In this document: positions 1-9,477 of the stretch, piece by piece
How positions within the stretch are numbered: position 1 is the first letter of the stretch
Layout of the letters: every line of letters begins with the position of its first letter
From: an uncultured Alphaproteobacteria bacterium
GTDB lineage: Bacteria > Pseudomonadota > Alphaproteobacteria > RF32 > CAG-239
DNA: 42,162 nucleotides
Reading direction: 5' to 3'
Assembly: GCA_944390035.1 (NCBI GenBank)
Contig: CALXOP010000035.1
Span: 1 to 42,162, forward strand
Notes under the pieces: generated by a model
The model's input: only the letters and a program-made list of their open reading frames with translations
Told to the model about the DNA's origin: nothing
The model's database searches: none
Program-made: the position numbers and the translations under genes

Positions 1-1001
1 CTTTCTCCGTGACGGAAGTTCGGGCACAAACCTGCGTTGTGCCGCCGACTTGCGAAGGCTTGGGCTATGACAAAACTGCCTCCGATTGCGGCGGTTTGGC
101 AAAACTGCGCTGCCCGTTTGATGACTCAAAATATTTCTGCACCGCTTACCGGAATCCCGATGGCTCTGCTCCGGTAACTGTTGGCGATATTGTGTATTCT
201 GATGGTACTTATGCCAATCCAGAAATGCTTCAACCAACCAAAACACCTATCGGAGTGATATATAACTCTAATGGCGGTTATTTTGTGGCTTTTGATGATT
301 ATGGGAGTTTTAGATGGAGCTCATCTATGTCTTGTTCAGGCTATACTACTGGTGCCAGTACCTGGAGCGTTCCAAAAGAAAACCAATTAAAAGAAATGTA
401 TAAAAATATCACAACCTTAAACGCATCAATAGACTTGTTTGCTAAAACTAAACTTGAAGGAAAGTATGCATATTTCTCTGACGGGGTTCGTGTATATTAT
501 GTGGATATGTTGACAGGTCAATCAGGTAGTGCTAGTTTGGACTCGTTTCCAACGCGTTGTGTCAATACTTTAGCAAATTTAGCTAATGGTACTACTCCAA
601 CACCAACGACATACAAGGTCGGGGATACTTATATGAAAGATGGCGTGGCTTTAGGTAAAGTTGTTGAAGTGGACAGTACCGGAAAGCATGGCGTTGTGGC
701 ATTTTCAGGAGGAAATGCTACAGGAAGTGATGCGTCTGTTGTTTGCGCCTCTAAATCTTCCGGAGGGTTGAACTGGACTTTATCAACAGGTGAGAATGCT
801 TGTAAAATTATCAAAAACGCTGGTATTTTAGATGATTGTAGTTATTCTTTTGCTAGCATCACTTGTGGAGTACATAGTACTTCAGCTCCAGGCGCATGCA
901 AGGGTGGTAGCTGGCAGACTTGTCCTAAAGCTACAGGAAATAAAAGAATAAATTGTTCTGCTTCGGATACGCTATCATTCGTCTGTGAAGCACCGTTCTA
1001 G
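1..1001 (+). CDS. 5'-truncated secreted Cys-rich protein with two divergent DUF1566/Lcl-like (C-type-lectin fold) domains
   Basis: Frame is open from the window edge (FSVTEVRA|QTC resembles the end of a signal peptide). N-terminal CxxxPxCxxLGY...C...CPFD...C module, then VGDIVYSDGT..PIGVIY, WSVPKENQLKEMYKN..LN and YKVGDTY..GKVVEVDSTGKHGVV, motifs resembling DUF1566/Lcl domains. Stop at 999-1001, then a terminator. Confidence 0.6.
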   Translation, partial: FSVTEVRAQTCVVPPTCEGLGYDKTASDCGGLAKLRCPFDDSKYFCTAYRNPDGSAPVTVGDIVYSDGTYANPEMLQPTKTPIGVIYNSNGGYFVAFDDYGSFRWSSSMSCSGYTTGASTWSVPKENQLKEMYKNITTLNASIDLFAKTKLEGKYAYFSDGVRVYYVDMLTGQSGSASLDSFPTRCVNTLANLANGTTPTPTTYKVGDTYMKDGVALGKVVEVDSTGKHGVVAFSGGNATGSDASVVCASKSSGGLNWTLSTGENACKIIKNAGILDDCSYSFASITCGVHSTSAPGACKGGSWQTCPKATGNKRINCSASDTLSFVCEAPF

Positions 1002-1016
1002 GACCTATCATCGAGC

Positions 1017-1047
1017 AAAAAAAACACCGCCATAAAGGCGGTGTTTT
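1017..1047. terminator. Bidirectional intrinsic terminator
   Basis: AAAACACCGCC-ataaa-GGCGGTGTTTT perfect stem with A/T tails, between convergent genes. Confidence 0.85.
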
Positions 1048-1070
1048 GATATTCATAAAATTTTATGTAA

Positions 1071-2507
1071 CTATTCTTTAGGTTTGTTTTTATTGCGCAA
1101 AGGAGCACGCTTTTCCTTTTTATCGGCGTAGGGGTTTCCGGTTTTGCGCACGGTAATCCGAATAGGAATACCTCCCAAATTAAATGTCTCACGCAAATTG
1201 TTGGTCAAATAACGCAAATAGGAATCAGGCAGGCCTTCAGGATTGCTTGAGAACATATAAAATGCCGGTGGTCTGGTCTTGGCTTGCGTAATATAACGCA
1301 ACTTAATCCGACGTTTGTTTTTGCCCAAAGGCGGCGGGCAATTATCTTTAATATCTTCAAACCACTTGTTTAAGGGGGCGGTTGGAATACGGACATTCCA
1401 ACGATCATAAACCTTAAATACTGCACTCATCAATTTATCCAACCCCTCTTTCTTTAGGGCTGAAATTGTAACCGTCGGAACGCCCTCAACTTGAGTGAGA
1501 GAGGTTTGCAGTTTGTCATTGAGCTTTTGTAAGGCTTCTTTGCGGTTGGCAATATCCCATTTATTAACGGCAATTACCAAGGCGCGCCCCTCATCAATCA
1601 CCTCGCGGGCAATGGTTAAATCTTGTTTGTCAAGCACGGCATCGGCATCCAAAACCAAAACCACGACTTGAGCCATATAGGCGGCATGCTTGGTGCTGGC
1701 AGCCGACATTTTTTCCAATGAATCTTCTACTCTTGAGTGGCGTCGTAATCCTGCTGTATCAACCAAAATGACCTTACGGCCTTTCCACTCCCACTCATTG
1801 CTGATGGCATCACGTGTCACCCCGGCCTCAGGACCGGTCAGCATCCGTTCGTCATTGAGCAGGGCGTTCACCAAAGTAGATTTTCCGACATTAGGACGTC
1901 CGACAATGGCCAATTGAATTGGTTTGGCCTTTGCTTTGGCATCCAAATATTGCGTGACTTCTTCGTCACTCATGCCGTCAAAGTCTATTTTTTCATCTTC
2001 TTTTTTAGTATCTTGCTTGTAGTGGGGTCGCAATGCCTCATATAAGTCTAACAAGCCCAAACCATGCTCGGCCGAAAAGGGAATAGGTTCGCCCAAACCG
2101 AGCGCATAAGCCTCATGAATACTGTCTTCTTGGAGTTTCCCTTCACACTTATTGGCCAACAATATGACCGGCTTTCCGCTTTGTCTGACTAAATCTGCAA
2201 AATGTTTGTCAAAGGGTTGAACACCGTCTCTGGCATCAAACAAAAACAAGCAAACATCGGCATCTTCGATAGCTTTTTTTGTTTGCAACCACATTCTTTT
2301 TTCCAGATTATCTTCATTTGAGTATTCATATCCGGCAGTATCAATCACCACTAAGTCCAAATTTTGGAGCTTAGCTTTTGCTTCTTTACGGTCGCGTGTC
2401 ACCCCCGGCTTATCATGTACAATTGCCAACTTTCTGCCGACCAAACGGTTAAACAACGTCGATTTTCCGACATTAGGTCTGCCGACAATTGCCAGTTTAA
2501 TACTCAT
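1071..2507 (-). CDS. der: Ribosome biogenesis GTPase Der (EngA)
   Basis: Two G-domains (GRPNVGKS twice, DTAG twice, NKCE/NKWD), acidic linker, C-terminal KH-like domain; follows bamB. Confidence 0.97.
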   Translation of the reverse strand: MSIKLAIVGRPNVGKSTLFNRLVGRKLAIVHDKPGVTRDRKEAKAKLQNLDLVVIDTAGYEYSNEDNLEKRMWLQTKKAIEDADVCLFLFDARDGVQPFDKHFADLVRQSGKPVILLANKCEGKLQEDSIHEAYALGLGEPIPFSAEHGLGLLDLYEALRPHYKQDTKKEDEKIDFDGMSDEEVTQYLDAKAKAKPIQLAIVGRPNVGKSTLVNALLNDERMLTGPEAGVTRDAISNEWEWKGRKVILVDTAGLRRHSRVEDSLEKMSAASTKHAAYMAQVVVLVLDADAVLDKQDLTIAREVIDEGRALVIAVNKWDIANRKEALQKLNDKLQTSLTQVEGVPTVTISALKKEGLDKLMSAVFKVYDRWNVRIPTAPLNKWFEDIKDNCPPPLGKNKRRIKLRYITQAKTRPPAFYMFSSNPEGLPDSYLRYLTNNLRETFNLGGIPIRITVRKTGNPYADKKEKRAPLRNKNKPKE

Positions 2508-2521
2508 TTGCCATTAATCCT

Positions 2522-3853
2522 TTACTTATATGCAATCAAATCTGCATTATTAGTGGTTAAAATTGTGATACCGTCAGCCACAACCGGAGGCACTTCAACG
2601 CCGTCATCCAGTGCCACAAAGCTCATAATTTTTCCGGTATAAGGCGAAACCGCAAATGCATATCCGCTGGATGTTGCCACCAACAAGCGATTGTCGGTTA
2701 ATACCGGACCGCTCAAGAACACACCGGATTTGTCATCATCGGATGTTCCCAAAGGAATTTTGGTGCTCCAAACAATTTTACCCGTCTCAGCCTCAATAGC
2801 TAACAAATCATTTGTGTTTGAAAGAACAAACAACATTCTTCCGGCAACCCATGGCTGATTGGTACTGCCGATATCTCTTTCCCAAATTCTTTCACCGGTA
2901 CGAACATCAATCGCGACCAAAATATCGTTATGTCCGGCGGCATAAACCACATTGCCGCTAATCACCGGATTAGCCTTAACGGCATTAATATTTGCCAAAG
3001 AATTGTTGCGAGCATGAGCCGCCAACCAGTCAGACCACAAAGGTGAGCCGGTTGAACCCTTAAATGCTCTTAATTCGCCGTTCGAAAAAGCAGCTACAAT
3101 CAAGTCTTGATAAGGGTCATACGCAGGACTTGCCCCGCCGACCAAAACCGTTTGCTCTTGAGCTGACTTATAGCGCCACTCTTCAGTACCCGTTTGGGCA
3201 TTTAAGGCAATTAAAGTATTGTCGATTGTTTGCACCAAAACACGGTCATTAGCCACTGTCGGCGCAATTCTAATCGGCATACCGGCATTATAGAACCAAA
3301 CTTTTTTACCCGTAATCATATCCAGCGCAAACACGCCGCCAAAACCGGTTGTGGCATAAATTTTGCGCTTATATTCGGCTAAACCGGCGCCTTTAAGCGA
3401 GGTTGATTTATCATCTTTAATTAAGGGTTTAAGTTTTCTTTCCCAAATTTTTTCACCGTTATCCAAGCGATAAGCGCTGACTGTCGCATCAGCATCAATT
3501 GCAAAGACGACTTTGTAGGCCATAATCGGCGTAGCAATCAAATAGTCTCTTTTAGAGTTTCCCTCACCGAAATTAGCATCCCAAAAGGCGGTCAATTTGC
3601 TTCCGGTTTGCAAATGCTCCATACGGTGAACGGAGTTTCCGCCGCTTTGTGACCAACTTTTATTGGTGTGAGGTCTGGGCAACACGACTTTATATTCGCC
3701 CTCAGGATAATCGGGACGTACTTTCGCCTCGGTGTTTAGGACGGAAATTCTTTCGCCGTCCAATACCAATCTGTCTTTAGAAAACATCCCGCAGGAAGCC
3801 AACATCATACAAGCAACCACGGTTGTAGCTTTTGACAATTTATAAGGGCGCAT
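2522..3853 (-). CDS. bamB: Outer-membrane assembly lipoprotein BamB (PQQ-like beta-propeller)
   Basis: Lipobox LASC, repeated AlD/N..tG...W propeller motifs, yfgM-bamB-der synteny. Confidence 0.85.
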   Translation of the reverse strand: MRPYKLSKATTVVACMMLASCGMFSKDRLVLDGERISVLNTEAKVRPDYPEGEYKVVLPRPHTNKSWSQSGGNSVHRMEHLQTGSKLTAFWDANFGEGNSKRDYLIATPIMAYKVVFAIDADATVSAYRLDNGEKIWERKLKPLIKDDKSTSLKGAGLAEYKRKIYATTGFGGVFALDMITGKKVWFYNAGMPIRIAPTVANDRVLVQTIDNTLIALNAQTGTEEWRYKSAQEQTVLVGGASPAYDPYQDLIVAAFSNGELRAFKGSTGSPLWSDWLAAHARNNSLANINAVKANPVISGNVVYAAGHNDILVAIDVRTGERIWERDIGSTNQPWVAGRMLFVLSNTNDLLAIEAETGKIVWSTKIPLGTSDDDKSGVFLSGPVLTDNRLLVATSSGYAFAVSPYTGKIMSFVALDDGVEVPPVVADGITILTTNNADLIAYK

Positions 3854-3873
3854 TGCCTTCTCCTCAAATGAAA

Positions 3874-4563
3874 TTATTTATCAATCGAATTTAATGCCGA
3901 GAGCATATCTTGAACTCTTAACTTTAAGCCATCGCTCAAATCCGGAGAGTTCAAAATTTCGGTATAAAGAGCCTTGGCCTTTTCAATATTGCCTTCACGA
4001 ATTTCGAGCATGGCCAACATTTCTTTCGCAATATTTTTCCAAGAGCTTTCCTCGCTCATCAGCGGGGTGAGCAATTTTTCAATTTCGGCTCTCGGTGCGG
4101 TATCGAGTTTGTAAGAGGCTAATTTCACTGCCGTGATATGGCGCATTTTCGGGTTAACGTTCTCATCATTGACAATTTGTTCTAGCTTAGCCAAAGCCTC
4201 ACTGTTCTTTCCTTGCTCAAATAAAACGTTAGCTTTTTGAATTTCGGCAATATCGCTGTAAATTCCTTTGTTTTTTTGCTCGATTTCAGCCAATACCTTA
4301 AGGCTTTCATCATATTTTCCCTGAGCTTGAAGGTTAAGTGCATAGGCATAAGCGTCGGACCAAGTCTCATTTCTTTTGACTTGCCAAGCCTTAAAAGTTT
4401 CAAAGCTGACGGCAATGGTCAAAACGACAATGACGGCGATAATAATCTGCAAACCATAAGTATCCCAAATTTTTTTGAGCTTATCATTTTGCACATCTTC
4501 TGAAACTTCTCTGAAAAAGTTTTCAATCGCTCTTGATTCTGCACTTGTTTCTTTCTTTTTCAT
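3874..4563 (-). CDS. yfgM: YfgM-family membrane-anchored TPR protein
   Basis: FFREVSEDVQNDKLKKIWDTYG followed by one TM helix and TPR-like helices; upstream of bamB-der. ATG at 4563 preferred over GTG at 4572. Confidence 0.8.
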   Translation of the reverse strand: MKKKETSAESRAIENFFREVSEDVQNDKLKKIWDTYGLQIIIAVIVVLTIAVSFETFKAWQVKRNETWSDAYAYALNLQAQGKYDESLKVLAEIEQKNKGIYSDIAEIQKANVLFEQGKNSEALAKLEQIVNDENVNPKMRHITAVKLASYKLDTAPRAEIEKLLTPLMSEESSWKNIAKEMLAMLEIREGNIEKAKALYTEILNSPDLSDGLKLRVQDMLSALNSIDK

Positions 4564-4662
4564 TTTCCACACTCACTTTATTTCAGGGTTACAGCTACAA
4601 ATATCTTTTATATATACCTCAAAATCCCAACAAGGCAATCATTTAATCCGATTCGCTGACAA

Positions 4663-5844
4663 TTATTTCCGAATAATATCATTAATCAAAAAGGCTCTTA
4701 CCCATTTTAAGTCTTCCAGCGGCAATTTTTTGCCAAAAATCATAGTTTTGCAGTCTGATGATATGGACAAAAAATACCTATCTGTTGAGGGGTCAAAGTT
4801 TACGTCAACCGATTCTATATCGGCTTTGTTAAGCTCATTATCTTTGCGAGAGTGCAGCATAAATTTGTGTACGATAATTATTTTGTGCGGTTTGATGACG
4901 ATTTTGTCTTTGCGGCACAAGAGCCAAACTGCAAGCAAAATAAGCAACACGCCGCAACCGTATAATGCATTTTTCCAGACCGTATCGGTAATATTTAATC
5001 CGAACTCATCCGACAACGCCGAGCACAACAAAAAGACCCCGAACAGCCCAATTCCGAACCAAGAGATAAAATTATAAGCATCCCAAACAAATTTTCTGGA
5101 TTTAAGGACGGTCTTATCTCTTTTGCGCACAAGGGCCAAAGACGGCGGCAACGGGGCGCGGTCATCATATTTGTTTTCAATTAATCCGGCCTTTGCCAAA
5201 TCTTGCAAGGACTTATCCAAATCTTCCACATTTCTGACCGCCATGCCCTCATCGGTCATAAAAATTGCCGGCAGATTTAATCCTTTGGCATAATATTCCC
5301 ACATCCGTCTGATTTTTTTATCCGAGGTGCTGATATAAAGCGGCGCAATTTTGTTTTTGTTTTTGTGATAGAGCTCAATAATATATTTATTTTTATTCAA
5401 AAAACCGAATTGAAAAAACTCGATTCTGAAACGAACGCCTTCATAATTTTGCAATTTTTCTTTCACATGTTGCTTTTTGCCCCATACCGGCCGATGAATA
5501 ATTTCCACGCTATCTTTGGAAAGAAAAATTTTTTTATATCGGATATAAGAAAAAATCAAAGACACGACAATCCAAGTACCCAGAGCCACAATCACCCAGT
5601 CAAACATCCAAGGTTTCATAAACGTATCGGCCATGGCGGCATCGCTTCCGACCATGTCAAAAGAGCTGGGCGCCCCTCTAAAACCGTTAAAAAACTCATA
5701 AAGTCCGAGCAACACCAACATCGCCCCGAACAACAATCCCGGATACAAAATGCTCAAAGCAATTCTGTCGGATTTTTTGGTGGGAAGATTTTCCAACCTT
5801 ATTTCAAAACTATGGCTAAAGTGGTCAGGTGCATTAAATTTCAT
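4663..5844 (-). CDS. Membrane protein with two tandem (2TM + bacterial PH-like domain) units
   Basis: 393 aa. Two pairs of hydrophobic helices, each followed by a beta-rich segment ending in an amphipathic helix (IRRMWEYYAKGLNLP / LEDLKWVRAFLINDI). Confidence 0.55.
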   Translation of the reverse strand: MKFNAPDHFSHSFEIRLENLPTKKSDRIALSILYPGLLFGAMLVLLGLYEFFNGFRGAPSSFDMVGSDAAMADTFMKPWMFDWVIVALGTWIVVSLIFSYIRYKKIFLSKDSVEIIHRPVWGKKQHVKEKLQNYEGVRFRIEFFQFGFLNKNKYIIELYHKNKNKIAPLYISTSDKKIRRMWEYYAKGLNLPAIFMTDEGMAVRNVEDLDKSLQDLAKAGLIENKYDDRAPLPPSLALVRKRDKTVLKSRKFVWDAYNFISWFGIGLFGVFLLCSALSDEFGLNITDTVWKNALYGCGVLLILLAVWLLCRKDKIVIKPHKIIIVHKFMLHSRKDNELNKADIESVDVNFDPSTDRYFLSISSDCKTMIFGKKLPLEDLKWVRAFLINDIIRK

Positions 5845-5938
5845 GTCATTATTCCTTCTATAATAATTATGACGTAACTATGCTATAATATTTTAATTAA
5901 ATAATCATCAATTTTTTTTTGCATAATTCTTCTAAAGA

Positions 5939-5970
5939 TTCAATTAATGTTAACACTCTCACGTTAGAAT
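5939..5970 (+). promoter_or_regulatory. Possible promoter of the diguanylate cyclase with a near-consensus CtrA box
   Basis: TTCA-N7-TTAAC (5939-5954, one mismatch to TTAA-N7-TTAAC), 10 nt, then -10 TAGAAT (5965-5970); RBS AAGGA before ATG 6006. Confidence 0.3.
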
Positions 5971-6005
5971 CTTTATAAATTTATTAAAATTAGAAGGAAA
6001 AGCTA

Positions 6006-7775
6006 ATGGGAAGTATAGAAATTTTTGCCAACGATTTATATACGGATATAACACTTTGGGGTTTGGTCTTGCTGTTTTTCACCGCCATTTATTGCAGCTA
6101 TAATCTCAACCTCAACCGTGCAATATGGTATTTGTTTGCCGGACTTGTGGCAGAGTTTCTGAGCTCTTGGTATGGCTATCACATCAGCTACAATGCCTCC
6201 GCCGCCACAATTAGTATGCTGGTGGCCGTAGAATTGACATTTATCTTAATTTCGGTTGTGTTATTGGCATTGTCAGCCTCTGAGATTTTGACCGGAAAGG
6301 CTCCTGTTGCGGCTTATGCCGTAGGCGGGATGGTCTTTGGTTTAGCTGCCATAATCTTCTTCTGCTTTATTTCTCCCGACGGCGACATGATAAACAATAT
6401 GCGCAAAATTTTTCCTATTGCAGGTTTTGCTTATCTTATGGCCAGTTTTTGGTCGCAAGCCTCGGCTCAACAACAAACCGGCTATTGGGTTGCAGCCTCT
6501 GCCACCAGCATAACGACGCTTTACTTGCTATTGCGATTGTTTAATATTGGTTATTTTGTTGAGCATACTTGGTATATTTCGCTGTTCACTTATATTGCCT
6601 TAGCTTTCTCTCTCATGATGCTAAAAAACGGCTATGCCTATAAAAAGGTTGAAAACCTTGAAAATGAGATAGAAAAATACAACCGTCGTTTGGAAGAAAT
6701 TATCAAATCCTCACCTTTCCCGATTGTCATTTCTCGTTTAAGCGATGATAAGATTTTGATGGCCAATGACAATGCCGTAAAATTATTTGGCATTTTGCCA
6801 TCCGAGCTGGAAAGATATCATCTGAAAGACTTTTTTGCCGATGGCGACAATCGTCAACTCTTAAACGAACGCTTGGAAAAAGAAAAAGAAGTGCATGATT
6901 TTGAGATTTTGGCCAAGGCCATTAATGGAGAAACGCCGTTTTGGTTGCTGACATCTGCCAACGTCATTGATTATAACTATGATATTGCCCTATATTGTTC
7001 TTTCCAAGACATCACCAGCCGCAAAAATCGCGAAGCCGTGTTGAAAAATCAGGCGATTCGTGACCCTCTGACCTCTTTGTTCAATCGTCGCTATTTTGAA
7101 GATGAGGTCAATCGCCGTATTGCCGCCGCCCAAGCCAACCATCAACAATACAGTGTTTTGATGATTGATGCCGACCACTTTAAGCGCGTCAATGATACCT
7201 ATGGGCACAAAACCGGAGATAAAGTTTTGATAGAATTATCTTCCACCACCGAAAAATCACTGCGGCAAGATGATATTGTTGCGCGTTACGGCGGTGAAGA
7301 ATTTGTGGTCTTTTTGCCGGCTCTGTCGGCAGAAGAGGCCAAAGTTGTTGCCGACCGCCTTCGCGAGACCATTTCTAAAATCGTTGTTCACTCCGACCAA
7401 GGAGACGAAGTAAGGTTTACGGTCAGTATCGGTATTTCCTCCTCGGCTATTTCCGATAATATTGATACTTTGATAAAAACTTCGGATGAGGCTTTGTATC
7501 GTGCTAAAGAAAGCGGTAGAAACCGTTGCGAAATTTTCACGGTTGACGATTTGAAAAACTTTAATGCATCTGTAGAATACAAAGATGAAAGTGCAAATCA
7601 CCACCCGATATTTGATAAAGAAAATACCCAAGAGATTTCTTTGCTGGATGGGGTCGATGCCAATCACATTGTCGAAAATCAAACCCAAATCGAAGAACCC
7701 AAAAAAGCAGAGCCGACCGCTGCCAAAGAAGTCGATTATCCAATTCTCGGAGTAGATAATGACGAGTTCAAATAA
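6006..7775 (+). CDS. Membrane-bound sensor diguanylate cyclase (multi-TM, coiled coil, PAS, GGDEF)
   Basis: About 7 TM helices, PAS region ending FQDIT, RDPLTSLFNRR, DADHFKRVNDTYGH, RxxD I-site (RQDD), intact GGEEF, acidic C-terminal tail. Confidence 0.93.
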   Translation: MGSIEIFANDLYTDITLWGLVLLFFTAIYCSYNLNLNRAIWYLFAGLVAEFLSSWYGYHISYNASAATISMLVAVELTFILISVVLLALSASEILTGKAPVAAYAVGGMVFGLAAIIFFCFISPDGDMINNMRKIFPIAGFAYLMASFWSQASAQQQTGYWVAASATSITTLYLLLRLFNIGYFVEHTWYISLFTYIALAFSLMMLKNGYAYKKVENLENEIEKYNRRLEEIIKSSPFPIVISRLSDDKILMANDNAVKLFGILPSELERYHLKDFFADGDNRQLLNERLEKEKEVHDFEILAKAINGETPFWLLTSANVIDYNYDIALYCSFQDITSRKNREAVLKNQAIRDPLTSLFNRRYFEDEVNRRIAAAQANHQQYSVLMIDADHFKRVNDTYGHKTGDKVLIELSSTTEKSLRQDDIVARYGGEEFVVFLPALSAEEAKVVADRLRETISKIVVHSDQGDEVRFTVSIGISSSAISDNIDTLIKTSDEALYRAKESGRNRCEIFTVDDLKNFNASVEYKDESANHHPIFDKENTQEISLLDGVDANHIVENQTQIEEPKKAEPTAAKEVDYPILGVDNDEFK

Positions 7776-8907
7776 GGCCTCTTGCGGGGTAGAAAATCTG
7801 TGCGGAGGCTGTCCGCTGCGCCATTTATCTAAAGCAGAATATCAACGCACCAAAGCCGAAAAGATAAATGCCGTCCTTAAAGGCATAAAACTGGAAAATT
7901 TACCTCTTTCCCAACCGCTGTTTATTGGCGATGGAACCAGAAGAAGAGCTACTTTTGCCTTTAATTTTTCTAAAGGCAAAATGATGCTTGGATTTAATGC
8001 TTATCACAGCAACGAACTTGTTGATTGCGGTAATTGTTTGTTGTTACGCCCCGAAATTCGCCAAGCTCTGCCCAAACTCAAAAATTTACTGGCCGATTTG
8101 TGCACTGAACCTTTTGTCTCCAAGCAAGGCAAAAAAACAGTTTCCACAAGGCTGACCAAAGGCGATTTAGCAATCACTTTGGCAGATAATGGCTTGGATG
8201 TGGTCATAGAACTGCCGCAAATGCCGGAATTAAATCATCGGATGATTATTTCCGAACATCTCTCTTCTCTGCCGGAGGTCATCCGTGTTTCTTGGCGGCG
8301 TCGGGTCGATGACAAGCCCGAGGTCATTGTTGAAAAATTAGCCCCGCAAATCAAAATCGGCTCAGTTGCGGTATATATTCCGGCCGGAACCTTTCTCCAG
8401 CCCTCTCAACAAGGAGAACAAGCACTCATTTCCCAAGTTTTGGAATATTTGGGGGAGGATAGGGGCAAAATTGCCGACCTCTTTTGCGGCGTTGGCACAT
8501 TTTCTTACCCTCTTTCGGCGTTAAAGGGCAATTCTATAACCTCAATCGATTCTTCGGCGGATTTGTTGGAAGGGTTTCAACGCTCGGTTAATCGGAATAT
8601 GATTTCCAATATTACGATTAAAGCCAAAAATTTGTTCAAATACCCGCTAGATGAACAGGAGCTGAAAGACTTTGATATTGTGGTTTTTGACCCGCCCCGT
8701 GCCGGAGCCAAAGCCCAAGTCGAAAAATTAGCCAATATGGGGAAAATGGGACCTCACAAAATCATAGCCGTTTCGTGCAATCCCGAAACCTTTGTGCGCG
8801 ATGCCAATATCTTGCTGAGCGGAGGCTGGCACTTGCAAAATTTGCGTATGGTTGACCAGTTTATCTATTCTGACCACAGCGAAATCGTTGCGTTGTTTAC
8901 AAAATAA
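7759..8907 (+). CDS. rlmD: 23S rRNA m5U methyltransferase, RlmD/TrmA family, lacking a TRAM domain
   Basis: CxxxxxCGGC Fe-S motif, FLQ, DLFCGVG SAM motif, DPPRAG, catalytic VSCNP; overlaps the upstream gene by 17 bp. Confidence 0.8.
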   Translation: MTSSNKASCGVENLCGGCPLRHLSKAEYQRTKAEKINAVLKGIKLENLPLSQPLFIGDGTRRRATFAFNFSKGKMMLGFNAYHSNELVDCGNCLLLRPEIRQALPKLKNLLADLCTEPFVSKQGKKTVSTRLTKGDLAITLADNGLDVVIELPQMPELNHRMIISEHLSSLPEVIRVSWRRRVDDKPEVIVEKLAPQIKIGSVAVYIPAGTFLQPSQQGEQALISQVLEYLGEDRGKIADLFCGVGTFSYPLSALKGNSITSIDSSADLLEGFQRSVNRNMISNITIKAKNLFKYPLDEQELKDFDIVVFDPPRAGAKAQVEKLANMGKMGPHKIIAVSCNPETFVRDANILLSGGWHLQNLRMVDQFIYSDHSEIVALFTK

Positions 8908-8949
8908 ATAAGAACGTCTATATTAATTCTCAAAAAAGAGGAATAGACC

Positions 8950-9465
8950 ATGTTAAAAAAAATAAGCCTGATTTTATTTGTTTTTTTAACCGGTTGCGAA
9001 TATAGCAATATGGATTATGAAACTTGCCCGCGTGTGCAAATTATCCGCGATAATGCGTATCTGACACAAGTTGTCAACTATCGGGAAGAATTTCAAATCA
9101 ACCTGATTGGCTATGACGGTTATTGCTATTACGACCGCAAGATTCAACAAAACAAGGCTTTGATAAAACCTATTTTTCAAATCAAGCGCCTCCGTCCGAG
9201 TGATGAAACGGATGTTCACTTTGCTTTTTATACCGAAACGGTAAAAGGTCCCCCGCAATATATCGGCAAAAAAACACACTATGCCGTTGCCACCATCCCC
9301 TCTGATGCCTTGGAGATAGAATATACCGCACCGCAGGTAATGGTTTATGTGCCCGAAGAATATAAATACAGTTATGATATCAATATGGGCTTGGTCATTT
9401 CGCCCGAAGAGCGCAAATACAATCATCGCACGTTTGATATTGAATATCGCTATTACAACAAATAA
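8950..9465 (+). CDS. Hypothetical lipoprotein
   Basis: Lipobox LTGC, RBS GAGGA, CPRVQI motif; 12 bp upstream of tkt. Confidence 0.7.
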   Translation: MLKKISLILFVFLTGCEYSNMDYETCPRVQIIRDNAYLTQVVNYREEFQINLIGYDGYCYYDRKIQQNKALIKPIFQIKRLRPSDETDVHFAFYTETVKGPPQYIGKKTHYAVATIPSDALEIEYTAPQVMVYVPEEYKYSYDINMGLVISPEERKYNHRTFDIEYRYYNK

Positions 9466-9477
9466 AAGGAGAAATAA

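Noticed and set aside
1-1001. Diversity-generating retroelement target
   Set aside because: The fold is suggestive, but no reverse transcriptase or template/variable repeat pair is visible in the window
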